A DNA stretch of 62,752 nt, filler included, from Basidiobolus ranarum (GCA_040143965.1; 35 parts of 35 records of this genome joined end to end with filler, not necessarily neighbours in it); one strand, 5' to 3'. Positions 1-12,618 are shown, counted from the first letter of the whole stretch. Translations and numbers: made by a program. Notes: generated from the letters alone by a model not told the origin.

Positions 1-200
1 TTTCTCAAAACTTCTCCAAATCACCTCAAATTTTCACCCATGCTTAACAGGCATGTTTGTTATGATCTAAGCACGTCCAATAGTCCTATTTCATAGTAAA
101 CTATAAATAGGGCATATTCAATTCAATAAAACTTAAGTGTCTAATTCACAAATCCAAATCTTGTCCAAAACACTTCCAAATCCCCTAAACACTTTTATCA
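1..200 (+). repeat. Copia LTR family L2, 3' part
   Basis: Matches 1411-1610 and ends ...aaacacttttatCA. Confidence 0.9.
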
Positions 201-1260
201 ATTTTTGCATGTATCCTAAGGCAGTAAATAACTTCCCTAATCACGTAGCTTCTTGTGTAGTAGCAGTGGCAGCCATATACTCTGCTTCTGCATTGAAAAA
301 TGCTGTGGTTGGTTGTGTTTTCTTATTCCAAATTATGGCTCTATTAACATCAAGAAAAGTGTACCTAGTTCAGAACTAGATCTTCAGTCCCTTGCAAATA
401 CCTGAATATTTGTTTCACAACAGTTTAGTGGTCAAATACTGGATTTTTGAAATATTAGCTGACAATTCCCCCTGTGACAACAATGTCTGGACATGTGCCA
501 GCCATGTATACATTAAACTACCAACCATGAATTGATAACAGAACTCCTGGCTTTGATTTCTGTCATTTTTAGCCAGGTTGGATAAAGTTTGATTAATTTT
601 ACATTAGGATCAATTGGTAATGATATAGGCTTGCTATTCTCCATGTTAGAGTGCTTTAGGTTGTCTAGGATATATCTAGACTGATTCAGCATGATTTTCT
701 AATTAGATTTATCTCTCTTAACTTAGGTTCCAAGAAAATAACTTAATTCACCTGTATCAGTCATATGAAATTGATTTGATAAGCAGCTTTTTGTCTAATA
801 CAGTGCTTCTAGATCCTTTGTGGCTACAATCAAGTCATCAACATATAGGGCCAAGATAAGGATCCAATTTCTGGTTGTTTTGAGGTAAAACTGTGAGCAG
901 CCATGCATTTTTGGAATTCCAGTGATGCCAAATAGGCATCTATCTTGTTGTGCCATGCCCTGGGTGCTTGCTTGAGTCCATATAGTAGTTTTTGCAGCTT
1001 ACAGACAATATTAGGGTGCTTTGGGTCAACAAATCCATCTGGTTGCTCCAAATGGATTTTTATTTCTATATTTCCATGCAGAAAGGCTGTTTCTAATTAC
1101 ATTTGATATAAATAAAGATTATGGATGGCTGAGAGTGCCAGGATTGATCTAATGGAGCTCAACTGTGCCACTGGATCAAAGGTTTCATTAAATTGATTAC
1201 TGGAGTCTGGGAATAACCTATTGCAACTAATCTTGCTTTGTATCTTACTATGGTTCCATC
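201..1260 (-). mobile_element. Degenerate Ty1/copia reverse transcriptase-RNase H
   Basis: [17 protein letters not shown] and YVDDL motifs with stops and frameshifts. Confidence 0.92.
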
Positions 1261-1704
1261 TGTTGAAATTAGATAAATAGCAACTGATTATTACATAGTT
1301 AGTTTATTAATATACTGAATATTTAGCACTCAATTCTACTATTCAAAAATATGTGTTTATTGCCCTAATTAATAGGAATATCAATTTGATCATTTTACCA
1401 ATTTTCACTATACTCTCAAAACTTCTCTAATAATCACATATTTTCACCCATGCTCAACTGGCATGTTTGTTATGGTCTAAGCATGTCCAATAGTCCTATT
1501 TCAAAGTAAGCTATAAATAGCACATATTCAACTCAATGAAACTTAAATGGCTAATTTACAATTCCAAATCTTTTCCAAAACACTTCCAAATCTCCTAAAC
1601 ACTTTTATCAGGTTATGATTGCAAGCTAGCTATTGAAGGAATATCTACCAGTACTATTACCAATGCTTTGCATCCACATAGAAGTTTGATGGTGAACACT
1701 TTCA
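1261..1704 (+). mobile_element. Copia L2 5' LTR (1261-1610), PBS and start of gag
   Basis: 350-bp TGTTGAAATTAG...TTTTATCA, followed directly by GGTTATGA and then a KFDGEHF gag-like stretch. Confidence 0.88.
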
Positions 1705-1804
1705 NNNNNNNNNNNNNNNNNNNNNNNNNNNNNNNNNNNNNNNNNNNNTTAATTAATTAANNNNNNNNNNNNNNNNNNNNNNNNNNNNNNNNNNNNNNNN
1801 NNNN
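1705..1804. other. Artificial contig linker (first of 34): 44 N + TTAATTAATTAA + 44 N
   Basis: The same 100-bp block recurs about every 1.8 kb (3508, 5311, 7114, 8916 ... 60965). The core has stops in all six frames, and contig lengths fall steadily from 1704 to 1688. Confidence 0.99.
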
Positions 1805-1953
1805 ATCTTGAAATTTCACTCCTGAAACTGAAAAAATTGATTAAAATCAAATTTAACTTGACAATTTTATGATGGTAAGTAAATGTTCAATCCCTAATGG
1901 ATTAAAATTTTGACTGTTTTCCTACAATAACAATCCTCAAATTTCTGGTAGGG
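1805..1953 (-). mobile_element. EnSpm-like DNA transposon, end A
   Basis: Reverse complement of the multicopy CCCTAACAGAAATTTGAGGATTG... terminus. Confidence 0.88.
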
Positions 1954-2715
1954 TACATGACTTCAGATTTTTCAGATCACCAGTAAAAGCCAAGTAACTG
2001 TTTGGACATGAAGGCAGCTAAATTACTGTAGGCTTATAGCAATATGCTTGACAGGTATTTTCAACATGTATCAGTTCTGTGGCTAGCCAAAGTTGCCAAT
2101 CAACTGTGGTAAATGTGTTGAAAGCTAGTAAACAACTGGTTGCTAAAGTTGGATTGAACTCTCCACTCCTCAAAAAACAAAGGTGCTTACTTGACTGTAA
2201 GCATTCTGAGTGGACTAATACTTGCCAAAACTAAAGATTCCATATTAAAGTTGCCATCTTCCACTTCATCATCTTCTAATATATTGCTGTCAGTACTAAA
2301 ATAACCAAGGTCTACATCTAGCAGTATGTTTCAGAGTTTTCTGGACCTACTGGCTCAACCAAACTTGCACTTCTATCTACATCATTCTGATCATGTAAAT
2401 GTGGTAACTCCATGGCATACTCACTGACAGCAGTATTACCAACATTTTGAGGTAAACCACAGCCAATGGACTCAGTGGGCAAAAGTGAAGTAGTCTGAAT
2501 GCACTCATTACTATTGATACTCACCAGGCTTGGTGCAGCTGGTGGCTTTGTACAGAGACCATGCTTGCAACTATTTTTTTATGAAGCCTTGGGCTTTTAT
2601 ACCACAGATATTTATGACAATAATAGCAAGTCTACTTTATGCATTTGTGTCATGGCATAGGAAAGCTATTGCTCCAAAAAAGAACACTAACTACATAAGG
2701 GTGGTATTTTTGGAA
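1954..2715 (-). pseudogene. EnSpm-like transposase, N-terminal fragment
   Basis: ATG at 2658 gives MP*HKCIK*TCYYCHKYL..LH and later LPSCPNSYLAFTGDLKNLKSC. Homologous to 52272-53029 and to 43240 onward. Confidence 0.75.
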
Positions 2716-2722
2716 TAACTAA

Positions 2723-3358
2723 TCCCAACAAAAATGAAATCAATGTGATCCAGATCAGATCACCTGTCTGCGGCACAAAACCATCAGAAGACTACCATAT
2801 TATTGGTAGCTTGCATTCTCCCAGAGATTTTGATTGTGAAATGATGGCCTCTTGATGGTATTATGACAGTATTTGTAAATGATGAAATATAGATCATATA
2901 TTTTTGCATGCTTTATTTAATTTCCAATGGTTATTGGAAAAAAACCAATTTTGAAATGGCAAACCACTGGGCTTGCTGCTGTAGCAATTCAAATTAATAT
3001 GCCCACCTGTATAAAGATTCTTTAGGCTGCACATTCCAGCCATGATGAGAATGAAAGAATTATGAATCTTGTTGTGTGTATTCTCTACATATGCACTTTC
3101 TTGATAGATCAGACAAAACTCAGCAATATGAATATATTTTACCAGCAAACTAATGGTGGAGAATTGCTAAGTATTTAAAATAGAGAGATGCACTGATACT
3201 TTGAATATAGCTGACTCTTGTCATTAATGACCTTGAGAATAAGCTCTTGGATTATGGCAAATTTCCATAAAGAATTCAGCCAAAACATCTCTGGCTTACA
3301 GTGAACAAATGTACTGCCATATGTAGATGTGTAATTGCTTGAATAGATTGCCTCATGG
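2723..3358 (+). mobile_element. EnSpm-like DNA transposon, end B and subterminal region
   Basis: Diverged copy of the CCCTAACAAAAATAAAATCGATTTGATCC... terminus seen at 41892 and 44504. Confidence 0.85.
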
Positions 3359-3507
3359 TGTCACAATAAGGAACTGGACAAGGACTGGAAACAATGACAA
3401 GAGGCTAGAAGGCAGGAGAGTACTTGGGTGTAGACCACAAGACAAGACAAGACAGGACAAGGAAGATACTTTGGCAAGAATCTTTATTGATAACTGGCAT
3501 TGATCAG
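3359..3507 (-). repeat. Gypsy/chromovirus LTR family G1, 3' end
   Basis: TGTCACAATAAGGAAC... also occurs at 11768, 30218 and 33730, and reversed at 48142. Confidence 0.9.
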
Positions 3508-3607
3508 NNNNNNNNNNNNNNNNNNNNNNNNNNNNNNNNNNNNNNNNNNNNTTAATTAATTAANNNNNNNNNNNNNNNNNNNNNNNNNNNNNNNNNNNNN
3601 NNNNNNN

Positions 3608-3735
3608 AACTGAAAAAATTGAATAAAATCAAATCTAACTTGATGATTTTATGAAGGTAAGTAAACAGTCAATCCCAAATGGATTAAAATTGTGCTGTTT
3701 TTCCTACCATAACAATCCTCATATTTCTGTTAGGG
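3608..3735 (-). mobile_element. EnSpm-like end A
   Basis: Ends ...atttctgttaggg. Confidence 0.9.
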
Positions 3736-4103
3736 GTTTGGATCAGGAGAAAGTTACTTTAGAAAACTGCAGTTGTGAATAGCTTTGTGAGATAATTGTT
3801 TATTATCCAGATGTAAAGCATTTAAACATTTTGATGGAAATATACAAAACTAACACTGGGGTTGTTTTCAGAACATCTGTAGAAGTAAAATGAGCTATCT
3901 TGGGGCAATTTGGACAAGTTTGAAATTTCCAATATGGAATTGCTTATTCTCACATCATTAACATATAGATATATTATATGCTCTGATTTTCAGCCAAGTG
4001 ATATTTTATTAAGCAATGTTAACTAACTAATATGTGATATATAAAATAGTTAGGTGTATAAAGATAAAGATAACACATATAATAAAGACAACAGACTTCA
4101 ACA
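3736..4103 (-). repeat. Copia LTR family L1
   Basis: Matches 18962-19339 and ends ttcaaca. Confidence 0.88.
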
Positions 4104-4133
4104 AGGTTTAGCTTCAAACCAAGGTTGACATGC

Positions 4134-4850
4134 CCCTAACAGAAATTTGAGGATTGTCAGCATAGGAAAACCATCACAATTTTAATCCATTTGAGATTGA
4201 CTGTTTACTTACCATCATAAAGTCATCAAGTTAGATTTGATTTTAATCAATTTTTTCACTTTCAGGAGTGAAATTTCAAGATCTTACAAAATAGATGCAC
4301 ATGATTGGCTACAATCTCAGAGAACTCTGATTCAACACATGTGCAAGAAACATAACTCAAATTTTACAAAATACCACTTGAATGCTAATTTGTCACCTTT
4401 GAAATCCCTAGTCTCTTTGATATATTCTCCTGCATATTTTTATAGAGTTCTTCATATGCAAGGTTTTGCTCATATGCACCCAAGTTTGTATCAATATCTC
4501 CATCCAAGCCCACCATTATATTAGCATAGCTGAATCAACATTCTTCCAGCTATCTGGCTGATACCCGGAGCCTCGGTATTTAGAAGGTGACAAGTTAGCA
4601 ATCAAGTGATAATTGTGTAAAATTTCAGTTATGTTTTTTGCACATGTGTTGATCATTAGTTCTCTGAGATTGTAGCAAATCATGGGCACCTATCTTGTAA
4701 GATCTTGAAATTTCACTGCTGAAACTGAAAAAATTGATTAAAATCAAATCTAACTTGATGATTTTATGACCATAGATAAACAGGCAATGCCAAATGGATT
4801 AAAATTGTGATGGTTTTCCTATGATAACAATCCTCAAATTTCTGTTAGAG
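4134..4850. mobile_element. Two EnSpm-like A ends in inverted orientation (4134-4567 +, 4568-4850 -)
   Basis: CCCTAACAGAAAT at 4134 and ATTTCTGTTAGAG ending at 4850; this is the centre of an inverted duplication. Confidence 0.85.
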
Positions 4851-4880
4851 GCATATCCACCTTGGTTTGAAGCTAAACCT

Positions 4881-5310
4881 TTTTGAAGTCTGTTGTCTTT
4901 ATTACATGTGTTATCTTTATCTTTATACACCTAACTATTTCATATATCACATATAAGTTAGTTAACATTGCTTAGTAAAATATCACTTGGCTGAAAATCA
5001 GAGCATATATTATATGTTTGATAGGTGTCTTCCAAGGCTTTCCATACCTTCTTTTCAGTTTTAGCTTTTGAACATTGAATTAGCACTCTGTCTTTATCAT
5101 TAAGACAAATCATGTTAAAGGTACTTTGCTCTTTGTTAACCTGGAGTAAAACTTTGGTTTCAGATAGTTTTACATTGTTTTCTCCTACAACAGTGTCCCA
5201 ATGACCTTTTTCTTGCAGCAGGATTTTCACTTTAACTTTCCAAACTTGATAATTGGTTCCATCCAATTTTTCAGAAGAGGAAAAAGTTCCATAAATTCGA
5301 GCAATAGACA
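4881..5310. mobile_element. Partial L1 LTR (+) followed by copia gag N-terminus (-)
   Basis: LTR match 4881-5020; LDGTNYQVWKVKVKILLQEKGHWDTV is a typical copia gag start. Confidence 0.85.
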
Positions 5311-5901
5311 NNNNNNNNNNNNNNNNNNNNNNNNNNNNNNNNNNNNNNNNNNNNTTAATTAATTAANNNNNNNNNNNNNNNNNNNNNNNNNNNNNNNNNN
5401 NNNNNNNNNNTGGGACTGATCTGCTGTATCCTCAATATATTGATTTCAGAGCGTATATATACACTAACTATTAACTTTAAAGACTATTTCTTGAAGTATA
5501 AGGTTCACTAAAAATTATCTAAAATATTAGCCAAGCAGATCCAACTCATTTACCATAGTGTACAGTAAGAGTGGGGTATGTGAGGTGTGTTCACAGAATG
5601 TAAATACACCAATGAAATCATGAGTCTGCTTAGAAGGCTCCACTCAAAGCCTTATCCAGCTTGATTAGAACTAGCCAAGCCCATACCCAAGCCTAATTGC
5701 GACCATCAACGCTTAGCAGGCCAACAGAGTGGGCTGAACCTGTACAAGTGGTAATATATAGCACATACTTGCGACCCATGACAAGACAATTCCGTATCAG
5801 AACATCTAGCTTTGCCATTCTTCATTTTTGGTGTTACTCACGATACCCACTATTTGCTGGATATTAGCTTTATACACACTCGATAATATAGGAACACTAC
5901 C

Positions 5902-6546
5902 ATGTATCACAGGTGCTCAGTGCTCATCATTGTGCTAGTTATCTCGTTATGGGGATCATTGGTTCATGGGCGATCATTTGGTAGTCCCATTTCTGATGGA
6001 CCTTTTACTCCAGATGCGACAGAAAGGTCATCACATTCAGTTGGTGATGCAGTAAGTGAGTCATCCGACCTTTCAAGCAAGCCAAAACCATCCACGGCTC
6101 AAAGTGGAGGCCATTCAGGACAACCTTTCCCCATCACCACTGACATCTCTCAAGGAACAAAAGTATCAATGGTAGGAAGTAAATCTTCAGGGATGTCAGC
6201 TACAGCTAGTCTCGGTGCTAGCGCTGGTGCTAGTCCTAGTCCTAGCTCCAGCATCAAAATTCACTTGAGTGGTATGATCCCACCAGAGGCTCCAACAGCA
6301 TCTCTATCCTCTATTATCGCCTCCCCCTCTCTCCCAGCTAGTGCTGGCTCCTCTGTAAGTACTGCATCGGGTCTGTTATCCACCAGAGCCTCAGGAACTT
6401 CTTTGGGTACAGGAATGGCGGGTCCACCGGTAGCAACCTTTGTACCCAGTGAAGCAAATCTCAAGCAGGCAGGAGGCATATTCTGGATATCAGTGGTGCT
6501 AAGCACAATGGCTTGCCACTACTACCTCCAATTATCCGCCCTCTAA
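5902..6546 (+). CDS. Ser/Gly/Ala-rich secreted, possibly GPI-anchored protein (214 aa)
   Basis: ATG ORF in non-repetitive sequence with an N-terminal hydrophobic signal (VLIIVLVISLWGSLVHG), a low-complexity Ser-rich body and a hydrophobic C-terminal tail. Confidence 0.7.
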   Translation: MYHRCSVLIIVLVISLWGSLVHGRSFGSPISDGPFTPDATERSSHSVGDAVSESSDLSSKPKPSTAQSGGHSGQPFPITTDISQGTKVSMVGSKSSGMSATASLGASAGASPSPSSSIKIHLSGMIPPEAPTASLSSIIASPSLPASAGSSVSTASGLLSTRASGTSLGTGMAGPPVATFVPSEANLKQAGGIFWISVVLSTMACHYYLQLSAL

Positions 6547-7213
6547 GCCTGTCATTGTCAAAATACCAGACTAGCAATTCTATGCAACTCAACTCAATTC
6601 AATCGAATGAAACAACTACTACGCCCTCACCCTCGCCTTCACCCTTCCCCTCTCCTCACCTCGCTTTCCATCCATTCTTCTCTTCTATGCTCCTTTCTTT
6701 GCTCAAAGTAGGAGCCGCTCAATACGATACTTTTTCTAGAGACGTGCTGACAATGCAGTTTCAAAATAGATCGCACCCCCTTATCTTTGCAGACCAAATA
6801 CAACACAGCATAACATAACATGGAGTATATTATCGACCTGACCACAGATCTGGTCATTGTCGAGTCTACCCTCTCACAAGTCACTTTCACCTGATTCATA
6901 TCACAGCCAACCTTTATGTGGCATTTGGTACATCTGTCGCTTTGGGAGGATTATAATGATGAGTATGAACATAAGCATAAACCCTAGTCATTCCATTACC
7001 CTAGTGGCCTCGAACACTTCAACTCGAGTGTAATTATTACCATATAAACATCTCAATGAAACCAAGTCCTTCATGCCAATACTGGTGTAACTCTTGACAC
7101 CAAGCTTTACAGANNNNNNNNNNNNNNNNNNNNNNNNNNNNNNNNNNNNNNNNNNNNTTAATTAATTAANNNNNNNNNNNNNNNNNNNNNNNNNNNNNNN
7201 NNNNNNNNNNNNN

Positions 7214-7666
7214 GTCAACACATGAGATAATAAAAGTGGTAGTAGTGGTTGCTGTCATGCTGTAAAGGTTAGAACATGGTTGGCAGGGCCTAGTGGGAAA
7301 ATAGGGGCTGTTTGGAGGAACTGTAGAATAGTGGAGTTGTGAAGAGCTTTGTGAGATAATTATTTATTGCCCAGAAATAAAGCATTTATACATTTTTGTG
7401 GAAATACAAAAAACTAACACTGGGGTTGTGTTCAGAACATCAGTTGGAGTAAAATAAGCTATTTTTGGTGCAATTTGAATGAGTTTGAAGTTTCTAATAT
7501 GGAATTGCTAATTCTCACATTCTTCACATATATATAATATATGTTCCAATTTTTAGCTAAGTGATATTTGACTAAGTAATGTTACCTAACATATATGTGA
7601 TATATGAAATAGTTAGGTGTATAAAGATAGAGATAACAAATATGATAAAGACAATAAACTTCAACA
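7214..7666 (-). mobile_element. Copia L1 5' LTR (~7291-7666) plus gag start
   Basis: LTR match; the downstream leader and ATG match 18900-18960 and 21880-21930. Confidence 0.88.
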
Positions 7667-8255
7667 GCCAATACTTATCAGGCAGAAATCTTTTCAAGAT
7701 TCCATTTGAATATATACAAATCCAACACTTCTAGTCTTTGCATTTGAATAAATGCCAAGATGAGTGGTTATTGATGGAAGTCCTGGTAAAATATGATGGT
7801 ATCTTGATGTTTTCAAGCATTTTCCTGATTCATTCAAACTTTGATCCTATCTTGAATGGCTCATGCATATTGAATTTTACACTATATAGCTGAATAAGTG
7901 GTATTGCAATGTTGTTGGATAGTAAGTGCATAGTGCCTAATGGGAAGCTCAAGCTCCAGATGATCCCCTTTAGCAATATAATCTTAGGCTAACAGCTAAC
8001 ACCAAGCTTGATGTTAGACTGACTATTTGGTGAATTGATGTCACTGATCATGTTGAAATCTGACCAGGCTCTTGATGGTAAAATCATGTAGTTTAGTTTT
8101 GTATCTGGATAGTAGTAATTCATATGTCTGATAGAGTAGACTCCATTGATTTGACAAAATCTACAGCAAGATAGTGCATTGTGCCTGCAAAAACCTCCAA
8201 GTTTACTGATGGCAGGAGTGTCACCAATACACACAATGATATCAGCTTTAATAAA
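7667..8255 (-). pseudogene. EnSpm/CACTA transposase catalytic-core fragment
   Basis: CIGDTPAISKLGGFCRHNALSCCRFCQING matches the D-x-P-A...C-R-F-C block of Tnp2/Transposase_21-type proteins. Confidence 0.85.
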
Positions 8256-8586
8256 CCCTAACAGAAATTTGAGGATTGTTGTTGTAGGAAAACCATCACA
8301 ATTTTAATCCATTTGGGATTGACCGTTTACTTACCGTCATAAAATTGTGAAGTTAGATTTGATTTTAATCAATTTTTTCAGTTTCAGGAGTGAAATTTCA
8401 AGATCTTGCACAATAGCTGCAAATGATTGGCTAAAATCTCAGAGAACTATGGATCAACACATGTGTAAAAAACATAACTCAAATTTTACACAATTACCAC
8501 TTGAATGCTAATTTGCCACCTTTGAAATCCCTAGTCTCTTTGATATATTCTCCTGAATATTTTTATAGAGTTCTTCATACCCAAGG
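8256..8586 (+). mobile_element. EnSpm-like end A
   Basis: CCCTAACAGAAATTTGAGG at 8256; retains some CpG. Confidence 0.92.
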
Positions 8587-8915
8587 CACAGTACTTTACA
8601 AATATCTGAAAATCCGCTTAACTGCTATGATTTGATCAGATCCATAATTTTGAAGATATTGGCACATAACTCCCATAGAATATGCAATATCTGGCCATGT
8701 TCCAACCATGATATACATCAAACTACCAACCATAGATTGATAAGGAAATTTCTGGCTTTCATTTGAGTCCAAGAATGTCTGATTTGAGCCATTTTTGGTC
8801 AAGTTAAGATTTGTCTCCATTGGGGTAGATACTGGATTACATTATTCGATTTTAAACTTCTTTAGTATATCTAGGATATACTTAGACTGGTTTAAAGTTA
8901 TTGTTTTGGTAGTTC
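8587..8915 (-). mobile_element. Copia RT C-terminal fragment
   Basis: PYQSMVGSLMYIMVGTWPDIAYS...KRIFRYL. Confidence 0.9.
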
Positions 8916-9100
8916 NNNNNNNNNNNNNNNNNNNNNNNNNNNNNNNNNNNNNNNNNNNNTTAATTAATTAANNNNNNNNNNNNNNNNNNNNNNNNNNNNN
9001 NNNNNNNNNNNNNNNTTTGAATGGATATTTAATTAGAGAAAAATCTAACAAAAGTTCTGTTTTGAAGCTAAACTTACGCGTATAGATATATAATCTCTAC

Positions 9101-9777
<677 letters not shown>

Positions 9778-10564
9778 TTAATAAAATAAGCAATGCAGGC
9801 GGAAATAAGGTTGAGGAGGGTGGTTGTTAAAGAGAGAGTTGTCGAGTTTGGGTATTGTTTCGATGACGATTTGGCCTAGTTACGAGATTTGATAAATGTG
9901 ATTTTCATATGTTTTTGAATTTCAACCCAATCAAAGCTAATGAACACCCAATTTGATTTAACTCGCAGTATTTCCACTCTGAGACTCAGTCAGACAAAGG
10001 TATTTTTAATCTGACTTCTGTATTAAGCAGTGAATAAACAGGATTTACATACAAAATTTGAAGAAATACACATACCAATATATTTATTACATCCAGTATC
10101 CGATTATAACATTGGCTTCTTTTTGTAGGAATCGTTAGTGTGTATGAGAAGCAATGCAGAGCTCTTAGTTCAGTTTATAATCTCTTAAAAGCTGATATAT
10201 TTATTGATCATGTCAATAATCAAGCCTTTACTCAAGTACTTTATTATTAGCATATAGTCATGAGTTATCGAATTTTTGATATATAAATAAAGCAACCTAC
10301 TTCTGTCACTTAAGCAATGAATAATTCACCCTTAAAACATTACCTTCGCTCTCAAGAAAGTTCAACTGGAAGCTTAGAGAGTGCAAAAATCCCGTTGGTG
10401 ATTCTTTTAAACAAAGAGAATATCGAAATCTGTGATAATGCAAAGAAGTTATTTCTTGAACATGGTTTCCAACCTAGGCGTACGAATATCTTATATCTTT
10501 AATATTGTGCTCCATTATTTAACATGCCAGTTGTAATAGTAGCTAAAGTTACACTCGGCTCACC

Positions 10565-10717
10565 CGCGGATCAATTTTTGGTTGTTTTTCTTGATCCTGG
10601 ATTGTTTTGATTGAAAATTTTTCTTCTTCAGCAAATTCCACATCCCTTGACTTGATTAGCTTCTTATTTTCAGTGTCATACAGTCTGTACCCTTTTGTCC
10701 CATCACAATATCCCAAA
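10565..10717 (-). mobile_element. Copia integrase C-terminal fragment
   Basis: LGYCDGTKGYRLYDTENKKLIKSRDVEF. Confidence 0.85.
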
Positions 10718-10817
10718 NNNNNNNNNNNNNNNNNNNNNNNNNNNNNNNNNNNNNNNNNNNNTTAATTAATTAANNNNNNNNNNNNNNNNNNNNNNNNNNN
10801 NNNNNNNNNNNNNNNNN

Positions 10818-11767
10818 CCCATTTGTTATGGTATGTTTCATCCTGCAATATCTATATAAGCTCCCTGTTTTCCTTGATCAGACCCCAGTCTGAACAATGC
10901 CAGATATCAATAAAGAATCTTGTCAAAGTATCTTCCCTGTCTAGTCTTGTCTTGTCTTGCCTTGTGGTCTACACCTAAGTACCCTGCTGCTTTCTAGCTT
11001 ATTGTTGCTGTTTCCAGTCCTTGTCCAGTTCTTTATTGCAACTGTTTGATCATACTAGTTACACTTGCCTGTAGACCCCTTGGTATCCATATTCTCCAAC
11101 CTTGAAACCTCCCAAGGTTGGCTTCCCTCTTATTACCCATCTTTCCCAAGCTTCCCTGCTAAGGCAAAGGAACCTTCAGCCTTTGGATAATTGCTCCAAG
11201 TGCATCCTTGTCAAGACACTACTGGTTGCGCTTACAGTGGTTTTTGATCAAAGAAGCTTTAGTGCTTGATCAAGATCAAAGAATGTTGATACCAACTTAT
11301 TCTTCTGTCAAGGTGCCAATCATTTCTTCAACAGAGAGTTGGACATTGCATTGTGATTATCATTCCTAGAGAAGCTTGAGGTTTTAAAACTATGCCCCAC
11401 CAGCATAGTAAGTATTAAGTCTACACCAGCCCCCACAATGGGAAATATCATACTAGGCCTTGTTCAGCTTCAGCAAGAAAGTCACCAACTTTGTGCTTTG
11501 CTTGCTCAAGCAAAGAATCCCACTGCACCCAATTATCCTGCAATTCCAACTTCTGAACCAAATATCTCCATACCTAATAAGTTTGATGGCACTTGCCAAA
11601 GCTATTGTGGTCCAATCTACCAATTAAAACTCAGCATCCAGGTACATCCCCATCACTACCCCTCTGATCAAACAAAAGGAGGCCTATTGGGAATACTATT
11701 ATTAAGAATAGCTCTGTATTGGTTTGCTCAAGTAATGGAAAGTCAATCTCTACTTCTTTCACACTTC
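10818..11767 (+). mobile_element. Chromovirus-type gypsy: G1 5' LTR end (to ~11043), leader and gag (11438-11767)
   Basis: EPNISIPNKFDGT...QLKL...PHHYPSDQTK...ALYWF resembles Tf1/sushi-type gag. Confidence 0.85.
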
Positions 11768-12215
11768 TGTCACAATAAGGAACAGGACAAGGACTGGAAA
11801 CAACAAAAAGAGGCTAGAAGGCCAGAGAGTACTTGGGTGTAGACCACAAGACAAGACAAGGCTGCACAGGGAAGATACTTTGGCAAGAATCTTTATTGAT
11901 AATTGGTGTTGATCAGACTGGGGTCTGTGATCAAGGAAAACAGGGAGCTTATATATATATTGCAGGATGAAACATACCATAATAAATAGGGAATGTACTA
12001 TGGCAGGTTCAACTGTTGGCATGTTTGGGTGAAACATAATATTTGGAATAGGGAATATACTGTGGCAAGTTCAAGTGTTGGGGTGTTGGGGACTACAAGG
12101 ACCAATACAAAGAGGGACAATGTAAGGATGATCAGGTGACCTTCCATGGAAGAGCTTGGTGTAAATACACTTTGTATGGGTTGACATGATTGGTTAGGTT
12201 TCATTGAATGTTCCA
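11768..12215 (-). repeat. G1 LTR inserted antisense into the gag of its own family
   Basis: TGTCACAATAAGG at 11768 interrupts the gag reading frame. Confidence 0.85.
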
Positions 12216-12518
12216 ATTAATTGATCTGAGATTCAGATACATATATTCTTATGAGCATAAGGATCAAATTGGATTTAGTGATGCAGATTGGGGATGCAAT
12301 ATTGAGGACAGAGATCTATAACTGGATATAACTTAGGGAAGCTATTCAGAATAAGCTGACATTTGTACCAAACCATTACACAAGCCAAAATTTGGAAAAT
12401 TGAGATTTAAATTAGGATTGGGATATATGAATTTTTAGTTGAGTGGGAGTGTTGAAGTTTATTGTCTTTTTCATATTTGGTATCTCTATCTTTATACACC
12501 TAACTGTTTCATATATTA
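12216..12518 (+). mobile_element. Copia RNase H remnant, PPT and L1 3' LTR (from 12450)
   Basis: IGFSDADWG and ADICTKPL; TTGAGTGGGAG immediately precedes TGTTGAAG. Confidence 0.88.
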
Positions 12519-12618
12519 NNNNNNNNNNNNNNNNNNNNNNNNNNNNNNNNNNNNNNNNNNNNTTAATTAATTAANNNNNNNNNNNNNNNNNNNNNNNNNN
12601 NNNNNNNNNNNNNNNNNN

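Noticed and set aside
4237-4524. Recurrent ORFs reading inward from end A (also 12994, 28051, 46874, 50446)
   Set aside because: Starts, stops and frames differ between copies; they are subterminal sequence or the antisense of ORF2.
6513-6899. ORFs downstream of the Ser-rich gene
   Set aside because: Pyrimidine-rich, low-complexity sequence that looks like 3' UTR or intergenic DNA, with no recognisable protein features.
8251-8268. piggyBac assignment from the CCCT...AGGG termini
   Set aside because: Flanks are not TTAA (ATAAA, GCTG, CCA, ACT and others), and the linked transposase has EnSpm/Tnp2 motifs.
11438-11842. ORF-track proteins that look like novel fusions (also 4958, 18129, 33493, 52127)
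   Set aside because: They are read-through across nested insertion or deletion junctions between unrelated elements.
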